Shown: one piece after another, positions 1 through 15,000 of the stretch
Position numbering within the stretch: the first letter of the stretch is position 1
Layout: every line of letters starts with the position of its first letter
Assembly: GCA_040954595.2 (NCBI GenBank)
Contig: CM082587.2
Coordinates: forward strand, 4,358,093-4,422,092
Direction of reading: 5' to 3'
DNA length: 64,000 nt
Origin: Balanoglossus misakiensis
Lineage: Eukaryota; Animalia; Hemichordata
Position numbers and translations under genes: made by a program
Notes under the pieces: generated by a model
What the model was told of the DNA's origin: nothing
Seen by the model: only the letters and a program-made list of their open reading frames with translations
Databases searched by the model: none

Positions 1-3000
1 ACAGACAAACACGAAGTTCGGATTCTGAGCCTGAGAGGAACAAAACAATATGAAGTGGTGACGTCAGGCCTTCCTCATCTTTCATCGCTGGATTTTGATT
101 GGGCCAATCAGGTCATCTACTATGCAAATTTGACTGATAGAAGTGTTTACCAGGTGTCATTGGTGGACAGAATTCCAGTCATTTTCTTGGCAGGTTTGTA
201 TGCAAGCACAAAAATATTCCCATTGTCCAATTTGAATCTCAGTGGAGACCAATCCAAGGATGAAATTTCTGTTTATGTTTCCACTATTTTTGTTTTTGGC
301 AGATATTGGAAATGTAGAAGGAATCTGTTTCGATTGGGTGGGACTGCAAATATACATGACCACATCCCTTCCAGGACAAATTCTGGTGACAACGTTGGAA
401 GGGGACCATAAAGCCCTCATCAGCTCTGGCATTGATGAACCAAGAGCCATTGTCTTAGACCCGAAACATAGGTAAGCTAGAAGTTGTAGTCACTTTTGAA
501 CAAAAGAAGGGTTTCCTATTTCACCAGTGTATTTGTTTGTGTCAGTCCGTCTACCTGCAGAGGTGCTTGAAACATGTGTAGAGTTTAAATTGTATTTGAC
601 ATTACAAATTCTCCTCAGATATATGTATTGGACGGATTGGGGAACAGTTCCCAAAATAGAGAAAGCTGGAATGGACGGTAGCAGGAGAGAGATCTTGATC
701 CGCAAGGATATCCACTGGCCAAATGGACTGGCAATAGACTATGCCACCAGGAGGTTATTCTGGATTGATGGCAATGTACAGGTCTGTTTTGGCGTATATA
801 TATTTTGGGGGGATCAAACGTTTTCATCTTTTTTAGTAAGTTTTCCTTGGAGTCTGAGAGAGGAATTAAAGCCTCCTTTCATTTTCTTGTCTACTCCGTT
901 GGCCAACAGGTTATTGAATCCTGTGATTTGTCTGGGAATGATCGACGCAGGGTAGGAGACACTAGAATGGGGCATCCATATGCTGTGGCAGCCTTTGAAG
1001 ATTCCCTGTACTGGACCGACTGGCAATCACACAGTATTCACACAGCTAATAAGTTCACTGGTGCAAACGACAGGACAGTTGTCACATCATGGATGCCAAC
1101 TGATGTCAAGGTTTTCCACCCTTTGCGACAACCACCAATTGGAGGTATGCAATGTATCATTCTCAGAAACAATCAAGGAGGACTTTAAAGCCCTAATAGC
1201 TGCCTCTAAAATACTTCAATCTTCTTCATTTTCAGATTCTGATTCAGCAGTAGAGATTTGTTACAAAGACGGTGAACCAGAGTGTAGCCACTTCTGTCTT
1301 CTGTCACCAATGGTCACCGGGAATTTCATCTGCTCCTGCCCAGATGATAAATATTTAAAGTCAGATGGTGCAACTTGTACAGGTGAGCTTTTGAGTCTTT
1401 TGCCCCCATGCAGAAAATCCCCATCAGGCACAATTAAGTAGTCAAATAAGTATACATTATTCTGTGTTCCTTGCTTTCCAGGTTTATCTGTCATCTACAC
1501 CAACCATTCAATATTCCATGTGCTTGATATGTCGTCTGGTCAACAACAAGCACTGGCAGTTGATGTAACTCTATCCAAAGTGGTGACCATGGACATAGAC
1601 TGGCCGAGAGGCTTGCTGTACTGGATTGACTCTGATACAGGTACGAATTTTAAGACACAATATGAATTTTTTTATTGCACCATTTGGACACAGTCTCTAT
1701 GTTGTCTCTTTCAGATAAAAAAGCCAGTTCTGTTGAGTAAAACTTTTCTCTGCCTCCCATAATTCTTCCTAGGTAACCTTGAAAGCAGCTATTTGAACGG
1801 TACTCACATGTCTACCCTGATCCAAGGTGACCTTACACTGGCCGAAACTGTGAGACTTGACCAGAGTACAGGCCATGTTTACTGGACTGATTTAGGCAGC
1901 AAGGCTATCTCGGTGATCAGCAGGGATGCAAGCGTCAGAAGAACACTGGTGAAGGATACCTTGGAAATGCCCAGAGGACTTGTGTTGTTTCCTGAGGAGG
2001 GGTAAATCTTGTTTGTTGTTTCCATCCTTTTGTGGTGAATTTTAATTGTCTTTTACCTTTTCCCCACTACTGTTCAGTCCAAACCCATTGTTTTGTTTGG
2101 TAAGGTTGGACCTCTTCTTGACATTTCCAGGCTGATGTTCTGGACAGACTGGGGCACAGAGCTAAAGATAGAGCGAGCCGCAATGGATGGCAGCGACAGG
2201 GTAACAATTGTGGACGCCGACCTCGGCTGGCCCAATCACATCGCACTAGACAAGAAGATGAGACGCCTGGTTTGGACCGATGCCAGATTTCAAACTCTGG
2301 AGATGGCAGACTTCGATGGAGGACAAAGGTCAGTGGAGAATGCGAGGTGGAACCTGACATTCACTTTCTTGAAAACAATTTTGGAACAGTCTTTTGTCGT
2401 GTTGTCTACGAAATGAGTCCACACAAGCACAATTGCAGCCATGCATATGGAGTCATTTCAGCAGCGGCACTTTGTTTCTTGGAATCCTTCTCAGATACAC
2501 ACTAATGGAGGGCTTGACCAATCCGTATGGCATTGCAATCTACGAGACCACTTTAGTGTGGACGGACAGCTCCCTTGGACAACTCTACAGTTTGCGAGAA
2601 CAGGATTTCATAGGCCATCCAGAGAAAATGATCACTGTTGATGTTGATGGAGCCTATGATGTCAGAATTTTTATGGAACCTGTTGTGAGAGGTATTTGTC
2701 TTCATTGTCAAGAAGAGTTAGAACAGTGTCTGATTACTGTTGAACTTGCCTCACAATCATGAGATAGGAACAATGATTTCTGTATATTAATCCCTTCAAT
2801 TAAGCTCCACTTTCCTCCACAAAAATTCTGAAGACGCCCATTCTTTCTTTCTTGTTTTTTTCAGAGACAAGTGTTTGCAGTAGAGAAACCAATTTTGGGG
2901 ATTCCTGTCACGGTGGTATTTGTCTTGCGACACCAGGTGGACCAGTCTGTGGTTGCCCAACAGGGTTTCACCACCTGAACAACAGATGTACCGGTGAGTA

Positions 3001-6000
3001 TTATGCAAATGTGAATTTAACATTTTTGTAGTTTCACATTTTCTCCTTGCCAAAGGTTGAGTCTGCAATTAAACCATTAGGTAGTGGACTCAACTATGAA
3101 AAAGTATATTGGGTTGTTCTTGCCAATACTAGTAATAGCTCAAGATTGACATTGCCTAAAAAAAGTCAGTGAGTACATTGGAAAGTTTCTTCCAATTGGG
3201 CTGAAAATTCTTTTCAGGAGTCTCGATATGCAGTATTCTAAAATAAGTGTTTTACTCTTCTGGGTACCAAAATCAAAAACAGAAGAAAGAATCTGTCAGG
3301 ATGGGGAGTTCCACTGCAGAGATGGGCAGTGTATTCCGGCCGACTGGAAGTGTGATGGAATGGATGACTGCCGAGATGGCTCTGATGAAGATGTTTGCCG
3401 TAAGTAGAATTGCTCTTTGTTCGGTCTTTTTCAAGAAACTTATACCAGACTTAGGGAACATAATACAAGGCTAAAGCATGATTTGTGTCGTGTTCCATAT
3501 TTCTGTGCAGGCAGCAGCTGTTCCTCAGGTTCTTTCCACTGCAACAACGCAAAGTGTATTCCTGAGAACTGGGTTTGTGACCAAGACAACGACTGCGGAG
3601 ATAGCTCAGACGAACAATCATGTAAGTATTGCATAGTTCAGAACTCTAGGAACTTTCCATTGTCTAAAGTTTATCTTCAGATTTTTTCTAAAGCTTTCTC
3701 CTACTCTCAAGCAAGTGAAGGGATCCAATAATAATCCTTTTGAAAATTCAAAGTGCATTCTTACTTTGCCAGTTTCTAAACATTTCTTAATGCTGTTCTC
3801 AAGGTACCTACAGTTGCTCAGGGGAGGAGTTTCAGTGCAACAGTGGGCACTGCATTTCATTGATGTGGAAATGTGATGGTGAAAGAGACTGCCTAGATGG
3901 ATCGGATGAATCTGTGTGCGGTAAGCTGAGCCTACAATGGTACAATAAATGTACTGTTTACATTGAACCCAGTGGCCTGTAAATTCATTTACATTTTGTT
4001 CTTCTTAGCCTGGTGCAAATTTAGGTTAACTCAAGTTTGTAGTATTTTTTTGAATTGAGAAATGCATCTGGATCAGCACAATGAAAATCTACTGAACAAT
4101 GCATGATGGTCAGCATTTTACTGATTGTTCTTCAGGTGATCAGGGTAAGGGTTGCACCAATTCACATTGGTTTGAGTGTCCAGATGGCCACTGTATCCTT
4201 GATACCTGGGTGTGTGATAATGAACCTGACTGTGTCGATGGCTCTGATGAAGTGAACTGTGGTATGTATGCATGCTTATTATTACTGTCTTTGCCATTAA
4301 TTACATGCGGCTATATAATATTATGATGTTCCATAGAAAAAAGAAAGGGTTAATTGTTGAGCAAATAAATGTGTGATTTTTGATTACAGACATTCATAAA
4401 ATTAGCTGTGCATCAGACGAGTTCCTGTGTGACAATGGTCATTGCATCACTACCAACTGGAGGTGTGACCGGGACAACGATTGCGGAGACCACAGTGATG
4501 AAATGGATTGTGGTTAGTCTTGACTTCAAATTGATATCTATAATAATATCATTCCCTTCATTAAATAAAACTGTCTGCCCATGCACATGCAAAATCTGGA
4601 TTTACGTATGTTCAATTCAGTCATTCTTTTTCCCCATATCAGTTTAGGTTAGTAATTTGCAGTGACTTTTATAATAATTGTCACATTTCTGACTCTCAGA
4701 TCTACCTGTCTCATCCACCGTGTGTGGAGACAACCAGTTTCTGTGTAACTACACGTCAGATTGTATTCCCAAGGCGTGGCATTGTGACGGCGAAGAAGAT
4801 TGTTTGATGGGTGAAGATGAACCAGATACTTGTGGTAAGATGTATTATCTGCCTAGAATGGAACATTTAGTACCTCTGCTTGTTCTTTTACTTGTTCACC
4901 ATGAACAGATGCCATTTTGTTTGCTGTGTGCATTGTCCCTCCCTATAACTGTGTGCAGTCCCCTATGTTATTTGAGGTAGGGAAAATTGATGTTTTTTTA
5001 TCCCCTTTGTGTATAGGACCCATTAATTGCACATCAGGTATGTTCCTGTGCCCTGACAGCCACTGTATACCAAATAACTGGGTGTGTGATGGTTCTGAGG
5101 ACTGTCCCAATGGTGATGATGAGCTTCGTTGTGGTATGTCTATTGCAACCTCTTTTTTTTAGTCCTAACTTACAACACAACAATTGTAAACGACTCCAAA
5201 AGCTGAATTCATTGTTTGAAATGGCCATTAGGTGCTTAGTGGGAATTACTGCACTTCCACTGAAATATTTTGATGTGACTGTGTAGTACTTTATAAATAA
5301 ACTCAAAGCTGACTTACTAATTTTCAATCATTTAATTACGAGTCAACATGTTCCAAAAGTAGATTATCAAAGAAACCATGACTTGCATAGTTGGTTAACT
5401 TAAACGTGGTTTTTGACACACAGGTGCATCAAAAAAGCCGATAGTTTGTGATGGATTTCAGTGTGATGATGATAAATGCATTGCTATGCCACTTGTTTGC
5501 GACGGTAACAACGATTGTCAAGACCAGTCTGATGAAGCACTTTATTGTGGTAGGTTTCTGGATTTGCACACTTGATCTTTCAATTTTCGCTGAACTGACA
5601 GTGGTAAAAATGAAATGTATATTTCCCCTTGTTTCAGATTTTGATCTGTGTGAACAGAAGGGTTGCAGTGAGGATTGTCAAATGTCCCCTTCTGGAGCAA
5701 TTTGTCTGTGTCAACAAGGTCACAGGTTGATGTCAGATGACAAGACATGTGAAGGTTAGAGATGTAGTTTTGTTTTCTACGACTCTATATAGCACGTTCA
5801 TTAGATGACAAAAACTCTTTGCCTGATTGTTACTACAGTCCCTATAAAGGAATGGGCCAGTGAATCTAAACAACATGGCTAGGACATGCTAAATGTTGTT
5901 GTATGTTTAATTATCATTTCATCAATTGTCTATATCAACCTCATGTTCCATACAGCAACATTTCCCCCCTTCTAATTGCAGATATTGATGAGTGCATGGA

Positions 6001-9000
6001 AACCATTGGTTTGTGCAGTCAACACTGCGATAACACAAAAGGGGCCTATAAATGCTCCTGTACAGATGGTTACAGACTGGAACCTGATGGCCACAGGTGC
6101 AAAGTAGCCGGTAAGCCTTCTTTTGTTTAATATGCTCTAATGTTTGAAAATTTACAGGCAAATTTAATTGTCTGACCAGATGACTGCAGTAATGTTGCTT
6201 AAAAATTTGTTCCTTAACAGATGGAGAACCCATACTGATATTCTCATCACGTCATCAAATCCGGGCCAATAAGTTTCACCAGAATGAATACTACATGTTG
6301 CACCAAGATCTCACGAATGTGGTGGCACTGAGCTTTTACACTAATGCTGAACAAATTTACTGGACTGATGTGGACGAGGAAACCATCAAAGCAAGCCCTG
6401 TAGATGGTGGAAATGTTGAGACCCTCTTCTCAGTTGGTAAGTTTGAAGTTGTTGCAAAAAAGCAGTACAAAATCTTTGCTTTCTTTCTGAGTTTTTCACG
6501 AATATGGTTGATAATGACCACACTTATTGGTATTCTGTAGGTGTGGACACACCCGATGGCTTAGCCGTTGACTGGATCAGCGAGAAACTCTACTGGACAG
6601 ACGCTGGGCATAAGCACATTGCAGTGGGGACGTTGGACGGAGAAACGATGGCAGTCATCATTGATAGTGGCATGGAAGAACCCAGATCCATTGTTCTGGA
6701 ACCGCACAGTGGGTAAGAATCTGGTCTTGTTTCAATAAATAGACATGCAGTTGTCAATATATCTTTGCAGAGTTTCCTCTGAGGTTCGAGAGCTGCATGT
6801 TTCCAGCAGAAATGTTACACATTTCTTCTTCGTCATTGAGGCATCCAGGACTGTTAATGTGTTTTGTTTTCTTCTTTAGTTACCTTTATTGGTGTGACTG
6901 GGGTGAAAATGCCCGGATTGAAAAGGCCGGCATGGACGGTTCTGACCGTCGCGTGCTGGTTGAAGATGATATTGGCTGGCCGAATGGTGTTACCTTGGAC
7001 AGCACAACTGGGATGCTGTATTGGGTGGATGCGAAGCTGGATAAAATAATGAAGATGGATCTGGAAGGTGGTAATGTTCAGGTGAAAAAAAATGTTCTGT
7101 ATATTGAAATATTGTGATGTACTTTCATGAATCTTGAACCATTTTTATTAACATTTAAATAATGATGCTTTGAAATTGTTTTGAGTATTAATTAATCTTC
7201 TTTCTTTGATAGGCAATTGTAACCGATAGGATATTCCACCCATTTGGACTGGTTGTATTTGAAGACCACTTATACTGGACAGACTGGGACTCGCTGTCCG
7301 TGAATGTAGCAGACAAGTTCACCGGCAAAAACCACTCAACACTGTTCACAGAGACGGAACAACCGACGGGCATCATGGTGTATCATCCTGCACTGCAACC
7401 GCCAGGTATGGTAAACTCTGGCCTAACAATGTAAGGAAAAGTCCCGGAAATTTGAACAAGTACTGGAAAAATCCATTGCACCTATGGAATATGAGATTGT
7501 CCTGCCTAGTGCCTACTATGGGCATGAATGTCTTGATGACATATGCATTATTTGACTGGAAACAAAACGAGTGCCTTTGAATTTTGATGCATGTTAGACA
7601 TGGTTTATGTTTTTCTGCGTAGGTGTGAATCGCTGTGATGGACACAAGTGTAGTCATTTATGTCTGCTGGCTCCAGACAACAGACATACATGTGTCTGTG
7701 CAAAAGGCTATGAGTTGCTGTCAGATGGCGTCTCGTGTGAAAGTGAGTATATGCACTTAATTTGGTAAGCTTGTCTTTATCTCCTTCAGCTCAGTGATTT
7801 GTTTTTTTCAAAAATGCCATTATTGGCTACTTATGAGACCCTGTGATCAGATATTTGAGAGTAACTAATTATACCTGTGGGTAATTCAAACTGTTGTCCA
7901 ATGTGTTTTTCTTCAGGGAGTCATTCTAGTTCCCCTGCCTTACTGTTCGCAACAAGGAAGGAGATCAAGCGTTTGTACCTGGATGGGAGTCACAGTGAGG
8001 ACAGGGTGCCCCACACCATTCTGGGTGACTTTTACAACGTCGTGGCTCTTGCATACTATGCTGCCACGGGAACCGTGTACTACAGTGATGTGTCCAGGGA
8101 CGTCATCGGCAGATTCAGAATAGGCCAGAATGACAGGTAATAGTTGCAGTCATCTATTGTGAGATCATTTGTGGAAATGTATAGCCAGATTGCAATTTAT
8201 ACAAGGTATATACTTTGCGACCTTGCATTTTCTGGATGGTGTTTTCAAACAAAATTCCTTATAATTTACAGTGAAATTGTGATCAAGGATGGTCTGGATA
8301 CTGTGGATGATATGGCAATTGATCCTATCACTGGTAACCTGTACTGGATTGATTCTGGCACTGTGAAGATAGAAGTGGCTACGCAGGACGGACTGTCCAG
8401 AATGACCCTCATAGAAGATGGTTTGGAGAAACCCAGGGCTATTGTCCTCTATCCATCTAAAGGGTTAGTAAGAAAATTTCCTTTGTCAATCAGTTTGTAT
8501 CTGAATCTTAGAAAATTTCCCCATATTAATTTCAAAAATAGGTAATGGTAAAGTGAAATTAAAGATTTTTTAATTTTATTTTACAGGTTGCTGTTTTTCT
8601 CTGACTGGGGGACTCATCCCAAAATAGAGAAAGCGTGGATGGATGGAAACTACAGGGAAGTATTGGTTGATACAGGGATTGGCTTTCCTAATGGCCTGTG
8701 TATCGATTATGGGGAAGACAGACTCTACTGGGTTGATGCATCCACAGACTCGCTTGGTGAGTGAATGGAACTCAGATAATTGTGATATATCAGAAATCAA
8801 ATACAGTCAAACATGTGTTAGTGGCCACCTCTATATAGTGGCCACTTTGATACAGTGCCTGTGCAGTTTACATGTACATTACAAATATAATTAAAGCTGC
8901 AAGCAGCGTTGGGGGGGCACAAGCGGTTCCCATGGTGACCAGCAAATGCCACGGCTGTATCTGCTGGAGATACCAAGATATGGGAAAGTAGGTCAAAGGT

Positions 9001-12000
9001 CACCTGAGGTCACCCCAAATTTCGGCAAAAAAATTGGACCCCATACTAGTCTAGATCCAACAAAAAACCAGACCCCTAGCCCTATCGGTTCACCTGCAAT
9101 TAGGTATGCACATAATTAATGAGGTCTTGTGTAAGACTCCATTATGTGCTCAATACCCATAAAAGCCAGGGCTCTAACTGCTCTGGATGCTGAGATATGG
9201 GAAAGTAGATCAAAGGTCACCCAAGGTCACCCAAAATTAGGGCATCAAATTTTGACCCCAGAGTGGCCCCATGTCCAACTAAAACCAGACCTCTAGCCCT
9301 ATTGGTTAGCCTGGAATTAGATATGCAGAAAAATGATGTTTCAGAAATAGGTCAAGGGTCATTGCCAAAATTACAAAAATATTTGTGTCATGTCCTGGCA
9401 GCATTGGTACCCATGTCCACAAAATTCATGACTGTGGTGCTTTGACAAGAGGAGGTATGGGGAATATGCATATATAATTAGTTGTTTTAAAACTGGGTCA
9501 AAGGTCATGTGAAAATTGCCCCGGAAAAATTGTGACAACTTCCGGTCATATGATGACTCATATCCAAAAAAAGAATTTCCGTGCTGTCAACATTTTGGCT
9601 ACAAAACAGAATTTTCATTTTTCAATGGTTTTCCGAAAATCCAACATGGCCGCCATAATGATCGACCAATCACAGTGCGCTTCGCAAACTTGATAGACAT
9701 AGGTTAGGTGACCACATACCCCGAATCCCGTGACTCGGCAATCGCTGGTTCTGGAGAAGAAGATTTTTAAAGTTTTAAGTAGTTTTTCAGAAAAACAATT
9801 GTAGCAAAAAAAACGGTATGTGTGACGTCATGATTTCAATTGGGTAAAATGATGGACGGAAGGTAGGCTACCTGCACACCAAATTTGAACTCGATCGGCC
9901 CAGTAGTTTTTGAGAAGGACTCGTTTAATGATTTTCAGGAAATCCAATATGGCCGCCAGGTCACGTGACTAATTAAATATTCACGAGCCACTGCACGTCT
10001 ACTCATTGGACCCTATCACCCTATGAAGTTTCAGCCCCCTAGGTGCTGCGGTTTTCCAGATCTACCTGGCCGAATTTTGGGGAAGAAGAAGAAGAAGAAT
10101 AAAGAAGAATTAAAGCTGCAAGCAGCATTGTCCGGGCCCAAGCTTTATTATCTGATCTGATTATTAGATATGCACATAATTAATGAATAGAAACATAATG
10201 CTGTGTTTTATCCCATGAAATATCAAGGTTATATCTATGTTTGGTGTTGATATAGTGTTAAGTACGTCAAAGGTCACCCAGAGGTCACCCACAATTTGGG
10301 CAGAAAATTTTGACCCATAGTGGTCCATGTCCAACAAAAACCAGATCTCTAGCCCTTTTGGTTAGCCCGAAATTAGGTATGCACATAAATAATGAGTTAA
10401 GCAGGTGTCACAGGTGACCCAAAACTTTGGCTTTTCATTATGGCCCCATACCTCCAAACGCCAAGGCTGTATCTGCTGTGGATGTCGAGATATGCAAAAG
10501 TAGGTCAAAGGTCATCCGAGGTCACCCAACATTTGGGCAAAAAAATTTGACCCAATACTGGTTCATGTCCAACAAAAACCAAACCTCTAGGTCTATTGGT
10601 TCATCTGTTATTAGGTATGCGCATATTTAATGAGGTCAGCAGAGGTCAAAGGGGTCATGATAAGTAGCGAAATTTTTTGATCACATACAAATCCACATAC
10701 ATCAAAAACCAAAATCATAGCCCTATAGGTTAGCCTGGAATTAGATATGCAGAAAAAAACGATGTGTCAAAAGTAGGTCAAAGGTCATTGCCAAAATTAC
10801 CAAAATATTTGGGGTAGGTCCTGGCAGGGATGATACCAATGTGCACAAAAATCAGAACTCTGGTACATTTAGAACACGTAGTATGAGCTATATATGCATA
10901 TATGCAGGTTCTTAAAAAAGTAGGTCAAAGGTCATGTGAAAATTTCCAAAATATTTGCAACATATTCTAGTCATATCACGACTCATATCCATAAAAAGAA
11001 TTTGTATGCTATCTATTTTTAGACTAGAAAAATGATTTCTTAATTTTCGCTGGTTTTTACAAAATCCAATATGGCCGCCATAATCTTCGACCAATCACAA
11101 CGCTCTTCGCAAACTTGATAGACATCAGTTAGGTGATGTCATACCCTAAATCCCATGACTCGGTTATTGCCGGTTCTGGAGAAGAAGATTTTTGAAGATT
11201 TTACTGTACTTTTTCGAAAATCCAATATGGCGGCCAAAGTCACGTGACCGCTCAGGATTTTATTGTCAAACTTTGAAGGGCAGAGGACATGTGTACCATA
11301 CACCAAATTTGAACTTGATTGGCCCTGTGGTTTTTGAGAAGAAGCTATTTAAAGATTTTCAGAAAATCCAATATGGCCGCCAGGTCACGTGACTAATTAA
11401 ATATTCACAAGCCACTGCACATCTACTCATTGACCTTGACCACTGTAGCAAGTTTGAGAAGTGTACCTGTAGCCGTTTCAGAGATCTAGGAGAGCAAAGA
11501 TTGACATAAGAATAAAGAAAGAAAAACTCCAACGAAACCAATACGGGCCCAAGCCTGGCTTGGCTTGGGCCCGTAAATATTCCAACAATAACAATGGGGG
11601 CACAAGCCGCCTGAGGGCGCTTGTGCCCCCAATTGCTAACAGTTTTATACAGACAACCGTGGCCTTGTGTATTCTTTGCTCTACAGCTCTGAATTTATAA
11701 CTCATTGTATGTCGTGTAATATCACATGTATTTTTTTGCCGCATTCTGTAGAAACTGTAAACCTGTCTGGAGAAGACCGTCAACTAATAGCATCTGGGCT
11801 TCAGCACCCGTTTTCAATTGTCATTGTCAATGAGAAGCTGTATTGGTCTGACTGGAACACTGGTAAGAAAATAGGAAGGTTTTATACATGTACAATTAAT
11901 GAAATTTGGCAATAATTTTTATGCTATCGACAGAAATGAAACATATTTTCAAATAATGTGATAATTTGTATCTGATTAAATCTGATTTGAAGTTAACACC

Positions 12001-15000
12001 ATGGCTAGTACTAGATTTTGATATATATGTATGGTCTGGCCATTTCTATTATGTGTATTGCCATCCTGCTCAACTTTAATAGAAATAACAATTCTTCTTC
12101 ATACTGTCTGATTTTCCAAGGAAATATCCACTCCACTGACAAGATGACAGGGGAAAATACACAAATGGTGTTGGATTCTCAAATGTCTTATGTCCTTGAC
12201 TTATGTGCCATCAACTCTGCATCATCTCAGAACCCACTTGGTGGTAAGTGAGATGATGGACTTAGTTTTACAGATTTTTCTTTTCACTTGTAATATTTAT
12301 TTTTCTGCTTTGAATAATTATTTTTGAGGCAGTAAAGTTTTGGGGTTTTTTTTGCCAAGTTTTCTAAATTGAGTTTGCAAAATTGCAGGGCATAACGAAT
12401 GTGCTGTTTCAAATGGTGGTTGCAGTCATTTTTGTTTAGCAAATCCGGATGGCTACACGTGTGCCTGTCCGGAAGAGTTGATCCTGTCACCTGCTGATAA
12501 CAGGACGTGTAAAGGTGAGTATCATTCATTTGAATGGAAACTGTGTAAATGGAGCATCCATAAATATTGGATATTTCAGACAAACACACCAATCGAAGTT
12601 ATATTCAAGCATGAATTTATCTTGAGATGTCATACAACTTAGAGAATAAAATTTATTATACACTCAGGCATTTTAAGAAAAGATAATAAAAGAATTGTGA
12701 ATGTTTTCTTTCACAGCTATTGAATCCTGTGCATCTGATAAGTTTGTGTGCGACAATGGTGGTTGTCTTTCCATGTTCTGGAGGTGTGACGGTCAGAATG
12801 ACTGTGGGGACAACTCTGATGAAAAGGACTGTGGTAAGTGTAAACGTGGAGGTGCTATATTCATCTCTGATACTGTCATTTTTTATTCAACAGCAGTTTG
12901 TGTATGTGGTGATACAATCCAATATGGCCGTTTGTGTAATTCCATGTAAATACTCAGACACCTTTCTCTTTCCAGGTGGGCATACTAGTACATGCCAGCC
13001 TCGGGATTTCATGTGCGACAATGGCAAATGTATACATGTGTCGTGGAAGTGTGATGGTGACCAGGACTGTGGTGATGGCTCAGATGAAAAGAATTGTGGT
13101 GAGGAGATGGATGTACTGTCTAGTTTGCAGACAGATAGAACCTAGTACTTTTAACACCGTTTAGCTTTCTCCCATTATTGTCAAGGATGAGCACATATTT
13201 TTCTACAAATGTAGAAATTGAAAAGTGTTCCTAATTCATGCTTGTTTTAGCTATTGTAATAACAATTGTGCTTTCTCTTGTAGAAGAAGCCACTTGCTCT
13301 CCCCATGAGTTTCGTTGTGATGCATACAACTGTATTGATATATCCTGGGTGTGTGATGGCTCCTCCGATTGTTACGATGATTCTGATGAAGATGTAACTC
13401 AATGCAGTGAGTATTCATGCCTTATCCTGCTCTGCAATGGGAAATATAACAACCTATGTTCTTTAAGTTGCGAAAATCATGATTTATTGTACATATTGCC
13501 CTTGACTTCCCTTTTTTGTTTTGGTTTATCAATTTCATCATTTTAGAGAATAACGTATGCAACACAGATACTCATTATAGATGTAACTCTGGACGCTGTA
13601 TTCCATTACTATGGCACTGCAATTCAGATCCAGATTGTCCAGATGGTGAGGATGAAAGCGACTGTGGTAAGGATTCAATGAACATTTTATCATCCATTTA
13701 ACCTCTTTCACCACCATGTTTCCATTGGTCCAAACCTGTTGTTTCCTATGGTAATGTTGGACCCCTAATTGGGGAACTGGGGACACTAGTTGAGTGAAAG
13801 TTGACTTTTCTCCGAACAGACGACGGCAGCTGTCCCGAAGATTACTTCCACTGTCAAAATGGTGACTGTATTGCTCAGTTCTGGGTTTGTGATTATGATG
13901 ACGACTGCGGCGATCACAGCGACGAGTTTAATTGTGGTGAGTTGTCCTTTATACCAGAACAGTTTTTTTTACAAATATCCACTTTGACTCCCTTGACAGT
14001 GCATCTAAAATAACAGCAGTTCCGAACAAATTTACTTTACAAATAGAGTGAAGAAAATCTTAAAGTATTTTGGAGCCCAGAATATTATGCATACATTCTG
14101 ATTTTTCATTTACTAGTAGTACACGAACCAGTGTGTGAAGATGAAGAGTTTAGATGTGACAATGGTGAATGCCTTCTTGAGCAATGGCGGTGTGACCACG
14201 AAGAAGACTGTTTTGATGGCTCAGATGAATTCGACTGTGGTATGTATTCTGTCTGTTATGTCACAAGGTGCATGTGATATGTAGCATTTGTTAGTTTAAT
14301 TGTTTACCAATCAGACGAACTGTCACAGCACATTTTATATATTTCCCTGGTGTAGAACTGTCCACTTGTTCGCTGAAAGAGTTTACATGCAAGGAGAGTT
14401 TTGTTTGCATTCCTGGACATTGGCGATGCGACGGTGAAAATGACTGTGCAGATTGGTCAGATGAAGAGGATTGCAATACAGGTTAAGTACACTTGCAAGT
14501 GCTATTATGTTTAATATCGATCTGGGCATGCAGGGTAAAGAAAAATTTTAGTCCTGTTATATTCAAATTATGATTATATACTTCTTTATTAATTATTATT
14601 GTTGTTATTAGTAGTTTTATTAATTAAATTAGCATTGTGCTGACTCCCACTCTACAAACGCATTTTCTCTCAGGTGTAACGACTGAAAGTACAATACTAA
14701 TAACAGATCAAGGGGATGGACTGAAAAGAGACTGTGGTGACACTGAATATCACTGTGACATAGGCACCTGTGTGACACTTGATGTTGTGTGTGATGGCGC
14801 TGATGACTGTCCCGATAGTTCTGATGAAGGGGGTCATTGTGGTGAGTCAGCTAGCCCCTTATTTCACTTTGTTACAACCAAATATTATATCCACGCTCAT
14901 TAGTCCTTTTCTCTTTTGATTTTATGCATGGAGTTAAATTTGGGAATGTGTTCCTCATCCTTAGAATAAAATCTATGCATGCTGAAATGGCTTAATTTAG

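Noticed and set aside
8802-8850. TA-CAGTCAAAC start with a duplicated TAGTGGCCAC, resembling a Tc1/mariner MITE end
   Set aside because: No matching opposite TIR was found, so it is too degraded to call.
9263-11541. Short ORFs inside the nested elements as transposase or helicase
   Set aside because: All are under 70 aa with no Rep, helicase or DDE motifs, so the elements are non-autonomous.
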